DNA of 64,000 nt from Anthoceros angustus (lineage: Eukaryota > Plantae > Anthocerotophyta), in contig MU008173.1 of NCBI GenBank assembly GCA_010909165.1, positions 620,001 through 684,000 of the forward strand. Reading direction: 5' to 3'. A program made the position numbers and the translations under genes. Shown here piece by piece: positions 62,200 through 64,000 of this stretch. Each line of letters opens with the position of its first letter. Position 1 is the stretch's first letter. Under the pieces are notes generated by a model. It did not search any database. It worked only from the letters and a program-made list of their open reading frames with translations, and was not told where the DNA came from.

Positions 62200-64000
62200 G
62201 TGGAAAGCGTGCGGTGTGCGGTGTGCTGTGGTCCGGGTGCACGCGCACCTGTAGCCACGGTAGGCGGACAGGCAAGCAGCGGCTAGAGGGTCCATAGCTT
62301 GCGTGCGGGCTATGATTGCCGGCTGTCATGACGTGTGTTCCAAATCTGTTTCCTCACCTACACAACATTCCGCAAGGGCGATGTGGTCGCTGGATCGCTA
62401 GGTTTTTTTTGAATTGTCGAGCAGGCAGGCAGAAGTAGCATGACGTGGGTCCTGCAGGTTGTGTAGAGACCGAGAGGGAAGGGCGGTTGGTGCATGTGCC
62501 AAGACATCGAGGCAAGTCCATTGCAGGCTGACGCGGCCGTTCCGTTTGAGGATAACATGGAGCTGCTTGAAATCGCCAGCTGGTGGCCGGGCCCCCGCCT
62601 GGCTGGCTCCCTGGCACTGACCGCTCCCTGCGGCTTCTGTCGCTCATGAGACTGCATGCCGCTGCAGTGAAGTGAGATCCATCGTCCTCTTTGTCGCCTG
62701 GGGAGGAGGTGGACGGAACGGGGAGGGGCGTGACATTGGGCTGTGGTGAGATTCATCTGGCTGGCCCCCCAACGACATCTGTGTGGGTAGCAGGGCACTG
62801 GCCAATGCCGCTGCCGCTGCCGCTATTACTGCCGCTGCCGTTCTCATTTGTAGACTAGGTGTGTGGTGGCAGCTGGCCTGGCCCATTCCGGCCCGGCCTG
62901 TGTTTGTGACGAAAGGTAATGATCCCTGTCCGAGGCAGTGCACGCCCTGGCCCCTGGCCCCTGGACCCTGGCCGGGTCCCGACTCCCTGCCTCGTCCCTC
63001 GGCGCACAGCAGTTCGGCCCCACACGGCCCACCTCGCATCCGATGTGTGCAGACTGCGCACTGCAGACGCACAGCACAGCATCGGCGACAGCGAGGTAAC
63101 GCAGTGCTTAGCTGTCGCCGGTGGTCGATGGCCGATGGCGATGGCGGCAGAGGCACAGGCACAGGCACAGGCAGCAGGCAGCAGGCCAGGACGGAACACC
63201 CAACCATGTTGCCACCGCTTCATTTTCCTTTCACGCTTCAAGTTGCGTCTGTCCACAGTAAGTTAAGTGTACCTACTTCCAACATACCGTGTACAGGGCG
63301 CGCTCTGCCAACTATACCGTGAACCGGGGGCGCTATACCTATACCTATACTCATACCTATACGTAAGAAAACAATTATACGAAATCTGGTGGGGCCGGCC
63401 CCGGCCTCGGCTCCCGGCGACGACAGCAACGGCGGTCATCACGTCAAGCCGGAAGGCCGGTGGCCGGTGCCGGTGCCGGTGCCGGGTCCGCGCGGGTGCC
63501 CGGCTGCACCATTAAATGCGCCCGGATGTCGTGGCTTCCCTTCGATTAAAGGGCGCGGGCACGGGCGCATCGAATCCACATTCCGGACCGCGGTCGGCTC
63601 CGCGGCGTACGGCCCGGCCGGCTATCGGGCTCGGCGGGATGGATCGATGGATGACGGATCTGGATCAGGATCAGGATCAAGATCAGCCGACCTTAGCCAG
63701 TTTAACTTAACGCCTGCTGCCTGCTGCCTGCTTTTGCTTTTCCACATCATTGTTTACTGGAATAATCTGGCACACAAATGATGCCATGTGCCTCGCCCTC
63801 CTCGCACCCTCGCACATGGGCAGCCTGGACATGGGCTCTTCGTAGCTACCTACCTGACGCAAGTCACGGAATGGGATGCAACTCTTGCTTTCCTGCTTAT
63901 CATTATTGGTGTGCAACTGTGGAACCCATCACATCCCTTCCTTTCTTTCCTCTACCCCTCTTCCATCGGTGTACATATGTACATGCACCAGCACATGAAG

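Noticed and set aside
62603-62620. Partial miR160 match (CTGGCTCCCTG)
   Set aside because: 11-nt match only, with no complementary star arm nearby.
62925-62945. Partial miR408 match (GAGGCAGTGCA)
   Set aside because: Only 11 nt match, the other half disagrees, and no supporting hairpin was found.
62300-64000. Numerous short ORFs in the GC-rich terminal region
   Set aside because: Microsatellite-rich (GCCGGT, CCTATA, GATCAG, GGCACA repeats), no recognisable domain or known signalling-peptide motif; most likely regulatory or UTR sequence of a gene outside the window.

Overview
Compact, gene-dense nuclear DNA from a non-seed land plant. A hornwort (Anthoceros-like) is the best inference, based on a PPR gene with a GRP-ending DYW:KP domain and on short introns. 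Layout: (i) 1-14.5 kb is a retrotransposon nest: copia A, interrupted by a complete copia B with near-identical LTRs and a 5-bp TSD and carrying an internal inversion, followed by a CRE-like non-LTR element with a restriction-like endonuclease. (ii) 16-47 kb is a gene island: small unknown gene, two tandem F-box genes, NUP35, METTL21-like methyltransferase, RTEL1, TPR protein, LEA_2, eIF3f and eIF3g head-to-head, plastid EF-Tu, TGD3, an unknown ORF, and a disrupted PDF-motif/PLS-PPR/DYW:KP gene. (iii) 47.9-56.1 kb is a second repeat nest: CRE 3' fragment, a LINE split by an LTR-less copia fragment, a SINE-like element sharing the LINE tail, a miRNA-like hairpin and a caspase-like relic. (iv) 56.4-62.2 kb holds plastid RPL11 and a DHX35-type DEAH helicase head-to-head. 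The top leads are the caspase-type motif (CRYLANKPKVIMMDACRGT), the OSB-type PDF motifs fused to a candidate U-to-C editing PPR, the eIF3f/eIF3g bidirectional pair and the LINE/SINE shared 3' stem-loop. Caveat: repeats carry many 1-3 nt deletions while single-copy genes are intact, so some frameshifts may be long-read consensus errors. All identifications are by eye from motifs; no database searches were run.
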